From contig OZ024740.1 in NCBI GenBank assembly GCA_964016885.1, forward strand, positions 26,536,001 to 26,600,000: DNA of 64,000 nt, read 5' to 3'. A program made the position numbers and the translations under genes. The notes under the pieces were generated by a model, which was not told the DNA's origin, did no database searches, and was given only the letters and a program-made list of their open reading frames with translations. How positions within the stretch are numbered: position 1 is the stretch's first letter; every line of letters begins with the position of its first letter. Shown here piece by piece: positions 40,437-52,438 of the stretch. The stretch is from Eledone cirrhosa. Its lineage: Eukaryota.

Positions 40437-40922
40437 GTGAAGAAGTGAAGAGGAAAGGGGGAGCGCCTCCTCTCTGGGCTTCCCCCGCGAAAAGAGTTGC
40501 ACACTTTTCGGGGGTATGTGCAATCCCCAACACGCCCCCTCCCTTTTGAGGACTTTTTATTGTTATATTATTATTGTTATTCCTTTTTTCTTTACTCGAT
40601 TTATGTAAACTCCCCCACTGTGTAAATGTCCCCTTCTTTTGTGCCCTCGTGGCAAATAAATAGAAATTTATCTATCTATCTATATCTATCTCAATCTAGC
40701 TGTCGTCTGTTCTACAGTGTGGATGTCATTCACTTCGCACAGAAGTTTTGTTCAAATTTATTGAGGAAATTTTGTGAGTTCAAACTTAATTTTGATACAA
40801 TTGTGTAGCTTGACCCTCCGTCTGAACTGTCAGGCGGTGGGTCAGCTCATCTTTACCCCTCCTAGAGGTGAAAAACCTGTTTTAAAAAATTTTGTGTAAA
40901 AAATTTCAATCGTCTAACAGAA

Positions 40923-42827
40923 ATGTTAAACGCAGCGAACGAAAATAGTGGTGGGGGGACAGCGGTAAGAGTTGTAAGCTCGCACGCTTTAGTCCTCCCT
41001 TCCTTCCCAACTAACGTCATAGAGAAGAAGGAAGGAAAAATTAAAATAAAAACGGACGAATCTGCGGAGAAAAAATTAAATGACGAAAACATAAATCTGG
41101 ACTTGGATTCCAACAACGAAAAAAAAAAATTTGAAAAATTGCATGACAATACTAATAACACAAACAAAGACACAACAAACAAAAAAATAACAGTTGAAAA
41201 TAACACCATATCAGAAAACAAAGCAGACGACAAGATTTCATTTGCACAGAAAACAAAGAAATCTTTGACTTATATAGCGGAAAACATTTCAGATGTGGTA
41301 CGAAGGATCACGGACGCCAAACAATACATAAGTGAAGGTGAGAATGGTATTTTATCGGTAAAAATGCCTCAAGAATTCACGAAAGACATTGAAAGCCGAA
41401 CGGTCAAGTTTCGGACCATCAACAACAGTACAAAAAAACCTGAACAGCCTTCTCAAGCAGATATCAAAACAGTACTCACAGAAGTACTGAATGAAACAAC
41501 TTTCATAAGAAAAGACAGACTGTATGGAAGCCTAGCAATTATCATGAAGAACGAATCGGCGGCAAAAAAATGTGCTTTCTCACCGATTCGTTCGAAAAAT
41601 TTCATCTTTTATCCATCTTATATGGGTAAAAGAACTCAACGCATATGGCTGGATGCAATGATGCCAGATGTGGACTACTGCTGGCTCATAGCTGGTTCCA
41701 TCGATCCAGTGAATGACAACGTGATTTCCATTGGGAAAACCACAGGCAATGCGTTCAGTGGAACAGGTATAGAGCTGGTAGTACAAATGAAGCCTGAACG
41801 CATCGCCCAAATACCCGACAGAATCCTATTAGAGGACCACGGGTATATAAACATTAGCGTGGAGGGGAGAAGGCCGTCCTGCCATATCTGTGTAGGCAGA
41901 GGGCACCTGAAGGCCGCTTGTCCCCAACTCAACAAAAAGAAAACCCTGCTACCAACACCAGCTCCACCACCACCACCACAACAGATAAACAAACAACAAA
42001 ACTCAGTCCCACCCAACCCGTCCCTCAGTAAAACCACAACACCACCACAACACAAACAGTCACAACACATTACCCCAAAACAAAATACAGGCCCACCCAA
42101 CCTCTCACTCAATAAAACAACACAACCACCGCAGACACAACACACAACACAGTCTAACATAGTGACATCCATCTCCCCCACAAAGAAAACCAACACGGAA
42201 ACATTACCAGCAAACATACCTCTTCCCTCCAACACTGAAGATAACCCAACGAATTCGGAGGAAGAAACGGAGTCCTTCAGACAGATTAAAAGGAAAAAAA
42301 GAAAACATGTGCAAAACACACAAGGACAAACAACCCCCACCCAAATCGCAACACAATCCAACAAAACAGAAAACACCCCTCCAGCAACAAACAGAACCAA
42401 ACCTTCCCCTCCCCTCTTAGAAACACTCACACCATCGGAAAAAAAGACATTACACTATACTTACATCAACAGAAACAACAATAAATTAAATGAACTCATA
42501 TACAATAATCCTTCGGTACAAACCGAAGGTGTAAACTTTGTTTCGTCAGAAAACCACCCACATTTAAAACTAATAAAAATCCCAATGAACCTCTACCAAA
42601 AACTAAAAAAGGATTTTAAGGAGGACGTAGGACCACCCTCTGTCAAACCCATAAACCGCGTCCTACTAAAAAGCTTTCCCCCTCCCCTTCCCCTCCCCAA
42701 CACAACTCCAAACACCCCAACCCCACCACACACTGACGACCCCACACCACCACAAAACACCCCTTCACCCAACACCCCCGACCCCATGGAAGTCGTGCAA
42801 CCCGAACACCGGGAAGCGGAAAGGTAG
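40923..42827 (+). CDS. Copy 2 ORF1, intact 634 aa gag-like protein
   Basis: ATG to TAG open frame with CHICVGRGHLKAAC knuckle, P/T/Q-rich linker and conserved C-terminal block. Confidence 0.88.
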   Translation: MLNAANENSGGGTAVRVVSSHALVLPSFPTNVIEKKEGKIKIKTDESAEKKLNDENINLDLDSNNEKKKFEKLHDNTNNTNKDTTNKKITVENNTISENKADDKISFAQKTKKSLTYIAENISDVVRRITDAKQYISEGENGILSVKMPQEFTKDIESRTVKFRTINNSTKKPEQPSQADIKTVLTEVLNETTFIRKDRLYGSLAIIMKNESAAKKCAFSPIRSKNFIFYPSYMGKRTQRIWLDAMMPDVDYCWLIAGSIDPVNDNVISIGKTTGNAFSGTGIELVVQMKPERIAQIPDRILLEDHGYINISVEGRRPSCHICVGRGHLKAACPQLNKKKTLLPTPAPPPPPQQINKQQNSVPPNPSLSKTTTPPQHKQSQHITPKQNTGPPNLSLNKTTQPPQTQHTTQSNIVTSISPTKKTNTETLPANIPLPSNTEDNPTNSEEETESFRQIKRKKRKHVQNTQGQTTPTQIATQSNKTENTPPATNRTKPSPPLLETLTPSEKKTLHYTYINRNNNKLNELIYNNPSVQTEGVNFVSSENHPHLKLIKIPMNLYQKLKKDFKEDVGPPSVKPINRVLLKSFPPPLPLPNTTPNTPTPPHTDDPTPPQNTPSPNTPDPMEVVQPEHREAER

Positions 42828-42860
42828 GTCTCTACACTCTCCTTTGGCTCTGCCGCCCAC

Positions 42861-45800
42861 ATGGATGTGTTAAGAGTAGGATGTTTGAATGCACGTGGCC
42901 TGGGCTCAACTTGGAAGCAAGCAAAGCTTCTAAATGACCTCAGGTCATGTAGTATAAATGTAATGGTTATCTGTGAGACTCGAATCAGCGTCGTGCGGCA
43001 GCTGGCCCCCACCTTCGATGACTTTGAGGTGCATGCATCTCTCTGTCAACCTGGAGGTGGGGGTGGGGTTGTCGTACTGCTGCAAAAACACCTGGGTCTT
43101 GCCGTACAGGTTGTGCACTCGGACCCGGAGGGTCGTTTGTTGGTGCTAGACGTTGGCAGTAGTGAAAGTGCGGCCTTGAGACTGGTCGCCGTCTACTCCC
43201 CTTTCGGAGATGAACGGCCCGACTTCTTCCAGCGTTTGGAGACTTTTCTGGGAACGTCGCGTTCCCTGCTTCTAGCGGGGGATTGGAATGACATCCTGGA
43301 TGCACGTTGGGACTATGCAGGAGCATGTCCTAATAGAGGGGGGTGTAACAGCCTCAAGGGGTTACTCGACCGTTTTAACTTGGTCGATAGATATCGACTA
43401 GATTTTCCAACTGTGCCTACCTGGACTTGGAGAAACAACAGTGGTCAATCTAGATCGTACTTAGATAGATTCTTAGTTAGAAGTAAGGATAGGGACATAT
43501 TAAGCTGTCCAGAAATGCGCACGGTTGGCTACACGGATCACAAATTAGTGACCTGCGTGGTCAATCTCGAGAAAACACATAGACAGGGTCCCGGTTACTG
43601 GAAACTTAATTTGTCTTTACCGGCAAAAGAGACTTACAGAAACCGGATTAGCAGATTAGTTAAGGAGAGGTTGACGGGTGCAATCGTCAACAACCGATGG
43701 TGGGCATCTCTCAAAAGAGAGATTAGAACAGAATCAATAAGTTATAGCAAGATGTTAGCTGCCGATAGGAATAGAAACGAGAAAGAATTAACAGGTAAAT
43801 TAGAAGAGGCAATCAAGAGCGAAGATGTGGCCAGAGTGCTGGCATCGAGGACGGCCCTGAACCAGTTTTTCGATGCAAAGCACGAAGGCTGCGTCATTCG
43901 AAGTAAAATACGTGCTCTAGGTAATGAGGGGGCCAAAGCCTTTGGCTGGGCCCGCGTGACAGAAGCTAAGAGTGGAAATCGATCCACCATCCGGTCGTTG
44001 CAAGACGAAGATGGACGAGTGATCCGGAAGCCTAAGCAGATGTGCGAGGCCTTTCAAAAGCACTTTGCCCGATTGTTCGGGGGAGGCGAGGGTCCGGGCC
44101 TGGGCGTGGATTTCGGTCCATACCTCGACGACCTGCCGCGTCTCTCGAACGAAGAGGCAGAGTCCTGCGAGGGACCAATCTCGGCTGATGAGATCGGAGA
44201 TGCGCTGAGCCAATGCAGCAGACGCAAATCTCCAGGTCTCGATGGTATACCTTACGAACTTTATTTAGCAATGCCGGTCTTCTTCTCCGAACTCCTCGAA
44301 GCGGTCTACTGCAATTGGCAGCAGAACGGGAGAATTCCTTGTTCTGTAGCCAAGGGCGTAGTCACGCTGGTGAGGAAGGACGAGAACAAGGGGGATAGTA
44401 TAAATAATTTTCGGCCCATAACCCTGCTAAACACAGAGTTAAAGATTTTGGCCAAGGTGTTAGCAAATAGGTTGGCGCTTGCTTGTCGTGGGTGGCATGG
44501 TGGGAGATGCGCAGACATGTGCTATCCCATCCAGGTCCATTCACGATAACCTCCACCTCATGCGATACATCATAGAGAGGGTTGGCAACAAACCCGGCTT
44601 CGGTGGGGCCCTGATCAACTTGGATCAGTCTAAGGCCTTCGATAGGGTCGACCATGGTTACCTGGATGCGGTGCTAGCGGCGGCTGGGTTCGGTCCTGTT
44701 TTCAGAGGCTGGATCACTGCCCTACATAGCAACCACATCTGTTCTAGGATCAAGGTGAACGGCTACCTTTCGAAGCCGTTCGAAATCACACGGTCCATTC
44801 GACAGGGGTGCCCTCTCTCCTCCCTTCTGTACGTATTGACTCTCGAGCCTTTACTGAGGAAGTTGGAGTTGTTGCAGGGTATCCCCCTGGAACCAGGATT
44901 GAGCAAAGCGGTATCGGCCTACGCCGATGACGTAACAGTAATGGTATCAACCGACTCGGAGATTGAGGCGATCGGTACCTTACTGGAGGAGTACGAAAGG
45001 TTGTCAGGAGCGAAACTGAACCGGGAAAAATCCATCGGGCTGCAACTCGGAACGTGGAGAGGCAAACCGATGCCTCCTGACGGTGTCGTCGGACACTGGA
45101 CGGAGGGCCCGGTAAAGTTGCTTGGGGTCTGGTTTGGACCGGACCTCCAGGTGGAAAAGAACTGGAACGAGGTTACGAACAAGGTGTTTGCACTAACCCA
45201 GAAATGGGCCAAGTGTAAGCTGTCCCTAAAAGGCCGGGCGGAGGTGGCGAACATTTACATAGCGTCCGTCACTTACTACCGCCTGACTGTCGTGCCTTGC
45301 CCTAAGGAAACACTCACCACCATGGAACGCATGCTCTTCCAATTTCTTTGGAAGAAGCGTCCTCCTATGGTGAGAAGATCCATCTGCTGCCAACAACCTT
45401 CGAAAGGAGGGCTGGGGATGCCGTGGTTGATGATGCGTAGGCACGCATTAAGGCTACGGCACCTACAGGTATTCCTCACTGGTCAACCGGTGTGGGCTCC
45501 GTTCGTGAAACGAGCCTTTCCGAGACTCGTCTCACTCACTGAGCTACAGTCCTGGGTCAAGCAAAGATCCGGAAAACTGGGAGACTGCACACTGAGTGTG
45601 CTCAGGCGCTCAGGGCTCTCTGGCAAGCGGGCCAGGCCATCGGTGGAGAATCCATCTCATCATTCTATAGAGGGCTGGTGGCTAGCAGGGGCGATGACAC
45701 CCTTGGAGAGTCGCTGGACATGGAAGAAGACGAACTGGCCAGCCTGTTCGGTAGGACTTTCGGCCCAGGACCAATGGACAACTTCCAGAAGTCACTGGCC

Positions 45801-46289
45801 TGGCAGTGCTACCGAGGGCCTCTACCCGTTCGAGAGAGGCTCTACAGACACGGGCGCCCGGGCAGGGATCCCTCAAAAAAGATTTGCCCTAGATGCGTGC
45901 GTCACGAAGAAACCGTGGCGCACGCATTGGTGCAATGTCCGGGCGTGGCTGATCTGTGGGGCTACGCCGAACAACTGCTGTCGCGGGTGGCGCCGATTAA
46001 ATTGACCGCCGAGTCCGTGATGACAATCAAACCGCCTCCCCTCTTCACAAAGGAAGCAAAGGCGGTTTTTCTGTGCGTAATAGCCATGTTGAAAGAGGTT
46101 GTTTGGTGGACACGATTGAAAGGTCTGAGGTCAGGCAACTTCCTCTCTGGCCATAGTCTGGTCTACTTCTTCCGATATCACTTCGGAAGAAGGATAAGAA
46201 TGGAGAGAGACAGGCAGTTTTATGAAAGGTGGGTGATAGTGGCGAGAATGGCTCGTGTAAATGGGCCTTCTCTGTATACCATCCTGTAG
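42861..46289 (+). pseudogene. Copy 2 ORF2 (APE-RT-ZnF) with frameshifts
   Basis: Split over ORFs 42861..44549, 44479..46005 and 45678..46289. GCTT duplication at ~44477-44484 and small deletions near 45586-45640. Confidence 0.92.
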
Positions 46290-46749
46290 GTAAAGAAGTG
46301 AAGGAGAGGGGAGCACCTTCTCCATGTGCTCCCCGGGCAAAGGATTGCACACTTTTTCGGGGGTGTGTGCAACCCCCATCACGTCCCCTCCCTTTTGAGG
46401 TTATTTTCGATTATTTTCATGTTACACCCTTTTTACTCGATTATATGTAAACTCCCCCTTTGTATTTGTCCCTTCTTTTTATGCCTTTATGGTAAATAAA
46501 GAAATCTATCTATCTATATCTATCTATCCTTACGATGGACACATGTGCTGAGCTCGCTCGGTAAGTTTCGTTTAAATTTATCTGGAAATTGTGAACTGTA
46601 AACTTTCATTTTCGTACCATTTTGTGGAGGGACTGCCAGGTCAAATTTTGATCTGGTCAGTCTCTCAAAATATTCTACGCCTTTAGGCGAAATAGTGTTG
46701 TAAACATTTTATCTTTCGAAAAATTTCGAAAAATCCTATTTTGAGAAAA

Positions 46750-48698
46750 ATGGCTGAAGAATCTTCACCAACAATCAAAGACAGAAAAGGGAAGTCATAC
46801 TTACAGCTTCCCCCTGCCACTGTCACAGCAGCAGATGCCAAAGGCAGAGGTCAGCCAGAGGAAGAATTTTCTTCACCTGTTGACCGACAACTTGATGTAG
46901 CCACAACTATACAAGAAACTGAAAACAACAACAACGACAACAACAGCAACAATAAAGACAACAAAAACAACAACAACACAAACGTCACATATGTAGTAAA
47001 CACTTCCTTTCGTAAAGAAAGGGAATTTCACACAACAAAAAATGAAAATAACAGCCCACAACAGACACCAAAAAATACAGAAAATGAATAAATTGAAAAC
47101 ACATCCAACAATACCAATCAAAAGGAAAAAAATGTCAACACAAACACCAAAGAAAATACAAACAACAGTGACAACAACAGCAAAATTTATTTTGCTGATA
47201 CCGTAAAAAAACCGGAAATATTTCAACTTTTGGATTTAACCAACGCGAAACAAAAGTTGGAAGATGCTAAACAATATGTGACTTTTGGACCCAATGGGTC
47301 TTTTAGCATAAATTCACCACAAGAACTAAGGAAAGAAAATGACCTGAACACGGTGGTTTTCAGGACAATCTCAAATGCATAAAAAAACCCAGCTCAACTA
47401 TCTCAGAGTGAGATTGAGCTAGTATTAAGGAACCACATGGATAACATTTTATTTATTCAGAAAGCCAAACTTTTCGGCAGCATCTCGGTGCTAATGAAAA
47501 ACAGCATAACAGCACAAACATATTCCATCGCGCCCATTGTGTCCACCCATTTTACATTTTTCCCTACATACATGGGAAAAAGAACGCAAAAAATAAAAAT
47601 TACATTTATAAGACCCAAAGTAGATATTTGGTGGATACTTTATGGCCTAATTGACCTTGAACAAGACACCTTGATCTCAGTAGGAAAATCCTCCAGAGAT
47701 ATATTTAGTGGGACTAGCATCGAAATTCTGGTGCAGATGAGCCCAGGACGTATAAGGAAAATCCCACAGAGAGTACCTCTGGATGGACAGACCTACATAA
47801 ACATTTCGGTTGAGGGTAGGCGGTCCGCATGTTACCACTGCGCAAGCAGAGGTCACCTAAGGGCTGCCTGTCCTCAATTAACAAAAAAAAAAACACTTTT
47901 ACCAACACCACAAATAACAACACAACCACCACCACCACCACCACGATAACAAGAAAAAACAACAGAGAACAATATTCCACCCAACTCCTCCCCACCCAAA
48001 ACAAATACAAAAACACACACAGACACTACAGAACCCCAAAACATACCCCTACCCATCAACACGGATGAGGAACCCTATCGACGGCACCCAGCGGCGATGA
48101 GGAGGAACCCTTCCAACCCGTGAAAAGAATAAAAAGAAAGAACCGCATGAACAAAAACGAAACAAACACACAAACACCAGCACAAACAGCACAAAAATCA
48201 CAAGCAAAAGTCCCCCCCCCCCCCGAAAACAAAACACCCACAACAAAGAGAAAACACGTGCAGGAACCACAGACAAAAACAAACGCAACACAGGAAAAGT
48301 ACACATACACTTACATAAACGAAGAAAATAGAACACTGATGGAGACCATCAGAAACAACCCTTTGGTCAAAACCGAAGGGAAAACTTTGGATAGCTCCAA
48401 CAAAAACAAAAAAATGAACCTAAAACTGATCAGGATCCCTATAGGAACTTATAGATCCCTAAAAGAAACATGTGTAGAGGACGTGGGGAATTCCTGCGTG
48501 AAATCAATCAACCGCGTCCTCTACAAAGGCCTCCCCACCACAGGCACCTCCACCCAAGTCATCCCCACCCCACCAGACACCCCTTCCCCACCATACACCT
48601 CCGTCCCCACCCCACCAGAAACCACCACCCCACCCAACAACCCATCCCCCACCCTCATGTAAATTGTGCAGCCCGATACCCGGGACGCAGAGAGGTAA
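46750..48698 (+). pseudogene. Copy 3 ORF1, disrupted
   Basis: Fragments 46741..47091, 47437..47949 (CYHCASRGHLRAAC) and 48120..48662. Confidence 0.85.
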
Positions 48699-48722
48699 GT
48701 GCCTTTTCTCTTCACCACCAAC

Positions 48723-51700
48723 ATGGCTATGCTAAGAGTAGGCTGTTTAAATGCGCGTGGCCTGGGCTCAACTTGGAAGCAAGCAATGCTTCTAAATGAC
48801 CTCAGGTCACAACGTATAGATGTGATGGTTATTTGCGAGGACCGGATCAGTAACGTGCGACAGCTGGCCCCCACCTTTGATGACTTTGAGATGCACGCAT
48901 CTCTCTGTCAGCCCGGAGGTGGGGGTGAGGTTGTCATTCTGCTGCAAAAACATCTGGGTCTCGCAACACAGATGGTACATTTGGACCCGGAGGGTCGACT
49001 AGTGGTTCTGGACCTTGGCAGTGGTGAAGGCGGAGCGTTTAGGTTGGTAGCCGTCTACGGCCCTTTCGAGTCAATGCGGCCGGACTTCTTCCATCGTCTG
49101 GAGACTTTTCTAGGGACGTCTCTCTCCTTGCTATTAGTGGGGTACTGGAATGGTATCCTAGATGCACGCTGGGACTACGTAGGGGCCTGTCCCGATAGAG
49201 AGGGGTGCAATAGCCTCAAAGGGTTAATCGGTCGATTTGACCTGGCCGATAGATATCGACTAGATTTTCCGACTGCGCCAGCCTGGACTTGGGCAAATCG
49301 TAGCGGATCATCTAGGTCGTACCTAGATAGGTTCTTAGTTAGAATTAAGGAAAAGGACATTTTAAGTTGCCAAAAATGCGCATGGTCGGCTATTCAGACC
49401 ACAAGTTAGTGACCTGCATAGTCAACCTTGACAGAACTCATAGACAGGGACCCGGTTACTGGAAGCTCAACTTGTCCTTACCAGCAAGGAAGGCTTACAG
49501 GGACCGGATTATCACTTTAGTTAAGGAGCGGTTGACGGTCGCCATCGTCAACAGCAGGTGGTGGGGATCTCTTAAAAGAGAGATTAGAGTAGTCTCTATA
49601 GAATTTAGTAAGGAGTTAGCCTCTAATAGAAATAGGAAGGAAAGGGAGTTTGTAGATAGTGTAGAAGAGGCAATTAGAAGCGGCGACGTGGCCAGAGTGC
49701 TAGCGTCGAGAACGGCCCTGGGCCAGTTCTTCGACGCGAAACACGAAGGCTGCATCGTCCGAAACAAAATACGTGCTCTGGGAAACGAGGGGACCAAAGC
49801 GGTTAGCTGAGCCCGCGTGACAGAAGCCAAAAGAGGGAGCAGATCCACTATCCGGTCTTTGCGAGACCAGGATGGACGGGCGATCCTTGAAACTAAGCAG
49901 ATGTGCGAGGCTTTTCAAAAGCACTTTGCGGGATTGTTCGGAAGGGGCGGGGGCCGGTTGGGGATGTGGAATTCGGTCCATACCTCGACGGCCTGCCGCG
50001 TCTCTCGGACAGGGAGGCGAAGTCCTGCGAGGAGCCGATTTCAGCCGCTGAGATAGAAGACGTGCGGAGCCAATGCGGCAAACGCAAATCCCCGGGTCTC
50101 GATGGTCTTCCATACGAACTATATCTAGCTATGCCGGACTTGTTCCCCGATCTCCTCGAGGCGGTCTACTGCAACTGGCAACAGAACGGGAGAATTCCCT
50201 GTGCTGTGACCAAGGGCGTAGTCACGCTAGTGAGGAAAGACACGAACAAGGGGGACGATATAAATAATTTCAGGCCCATAACTCTGCTAAATACAGAGTT
50301 ACAGATTTTGGCCAAGGTGCTAGCAAAGAGGTTGGCGCTTGTAGTGGGCAACCTGGTGCGAGATGCGCAGACATGTGCTATCCCGTCCAGGTCCATCCAC
50401 AACAACCTCCACCTCATGCGATACATCATAGAGAGGGTTGGGAACGAACCCGGCTTTGGTGGGGCCCTGATCAACTTAGATCAATCTAAGGCATTCGATA
50501 GGGTCGACCATGGTAACCTGGATGCGGTGCTAGCGGCGGCAGGCTTCGGACCCGTTTTCAGGGGCTGGATCAATGCCATGCACAGCAGCCTTATCTGCTC
50601 TAGGGTCAAGGTGAACGGCTACCTCTCGGAGCCGTTCGAAATCGCGCGGTCCATCCGACAGGGGTGCTCTCTCTCCTCCCTTCTGTATGTAATGACTCTA
50701 GAGCCACTGCTAAGGAAGTTGGAGTTGTTGCAGGGCATCCCGTTGGAACCGGGATTGCGGAAAGCGGTGTCAGCCTACGCCGATGACGTAACAGTAATGG
50801 TGTCGACGGCCTCGGAAATCGGGGCGGTCGGCACCTTACTGGAGGAGTACGAAAGGTTTACAGGGGCTAAGCTGAACCGGGACAAGTCGATCGGTCTGCA
50901 ACTCGGCACGTGGAGGGGCAGATCGATGCCCTCGGATGGCGTCGTCGGGCGCTGGACGGAGGGCCCGGTGAAGTTGCTCGGGGTCTGGTTCGGATCAGAC
51001 CTCCAGTTGGAGAAGAACTGGGGTGAGGTAACGAACAGGGTGTTTGCACTGACCCAGAAGTGGGCCGAGTGCAAACTGTCCCTGAAATGTCGGGCGGAGG
51101 TGGCGAACACTTATATAGCGTCCGTCATCTACTACCGCCTGACCGTTGTGCCTTGCCCAAGGGAAACGCTCGCCAAAATGGAGCGCGCACTCTTCCAATT
51201 CCTTTGGAAGAAGCGGGCTCCTATAGTGAGGAGATCCATCTGCTGTCAACACCCTTCGAAAGGAGGGCTGGGGATGACGTGGCTAATGATACGTAAACAC
51301 GCATTAAGGCTACGGCACCTTCAGGTATTCCTCTCCGGTCAACCGGTGTGGGCCCCGTTTGTGAGGCGAGCCTTTCCCAGACTCGTCTCACTCACCGAGC
51401 TGTAATCCTGGGTCAAGCAAAGACCCAGAAAACTGGGCGCCTGGCACACCGAGTGTGCCCAGGCGCTCACGGCTCTCTGGCAGGCGGACCCGGCTGTCAG
51501 TGGAGAATCCACCTCGTCATTCTATAGAGGGCTGGTGGTTAGCAGGTGCGACGACGCCCTCGGAGAAGCCCTAGGCATGGAGGAAGACGAACTGGCCAAC
51601 CTGTTCGGTAGGACATTCAGCCCGGGACCCATGGAAAACTTCCAGAGGTCCCTGGCCTGGCAATGCTACAGAAGGGGTCTGCCCGTCCGAGAAAGGCTCT

Positions 51701-52160
51701 ACAGACACGGGCGCCCGGGTAGGGACCCCTCGAAAAAGATCTGTCCCAGATGCGTGTGCGACGAGGAAACCGTTGCACACGCATTGGTACACTGCTCGGG
51801 CATTGCCGATCTGTGGGGCTATGTCGAACAACTGCTGTCAAGGGAGGGACCGATCCGGTTGACCACCGAGTCTATTGTAACGATCAAGCCGCCTCCCCTC
51901 TTCAAAAACGAAGAAGAGGCGGTGTTTCTGTGCGTAATGGCCATGGCGGAAGAGGTTGTATGGTGGACGCGTCTGAAAGGACTGAGGTCAGACACCTTTC
52001 TCTCTGGCCAACAACTGGTCCGTTTCTTCCGATATCATTTCGGAAGAAGGATCAGGATGGAGAGAGAGAGGTGCTGCACCCCAGCCGTTTTTATGAAAGA
52101 TGGGTGAAAGTGGCGAGAATGGCCCGTGTGAATGGCCCTTCACTCTACATCAGACTATAG
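48723..52160 (+). pseudogene. Copy 3 ORF2, disrupted
   Basis: APE, RT (YADD) and ZnF motifs spread over several frames, with stops at 49808 and 51403. Confidence 0.9.
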
Positions 52161-52438
52161 GTGAGGAAGATGAAAGACCAAGGGTGCACCCCTTCTCTGT
52201 GTTCCTGAGGAAAAGGGTTGCACACTTTTTTCGGGGGTGTGTGCGACCCCCCAAGGCGCCTCCTCTCTATTGAGGACTTTGTTATAAATTTTATTTTTTG
52301 TTATATTTTATTTTATTTTTATATATTGTTATTGCCTCCTCCTTATTGAGGACGCCTTGTTTTGTAAACTTCCCCCCATTGTACTTGTCCCACTTTTGAT
52401 GCCCTGGTGGCAAATAAAAGAAACATATCTATCTATAT

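Larger units (their letters stand above)
34957..40668 (+). mobile_element. Tx1-clade non-LTR retrotransposon, array copy 1 (apparently full length)
   Basis: 5'UTR, ORF1 with CCHC knuckle, ORF2 APE-RT-zinc finger, AATAAA at 40655, then (TCTA)n. Confidence 0.93.
40693..46504 (+). mobile_element. Tx1-clade retrotransposon, array copy 2 (full length)
   Basis: The 5' end AATCTAGCTGTCGTCTGTTC is shared with copy 4. AATAAA at 46495. A 21-bp candidate TSD lies on both sides. Confidence 0.93.
46529..52424 (+). mobile_element. Tx1-clade retrotransposon, array copy 3 (apparently full length, multiple lesions)
   Basis: Distinct 5'UTR and ORF1, homologous ORF2, AATAAA at 52413, then TATCTATCTATATA. Confidence 0.92.
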
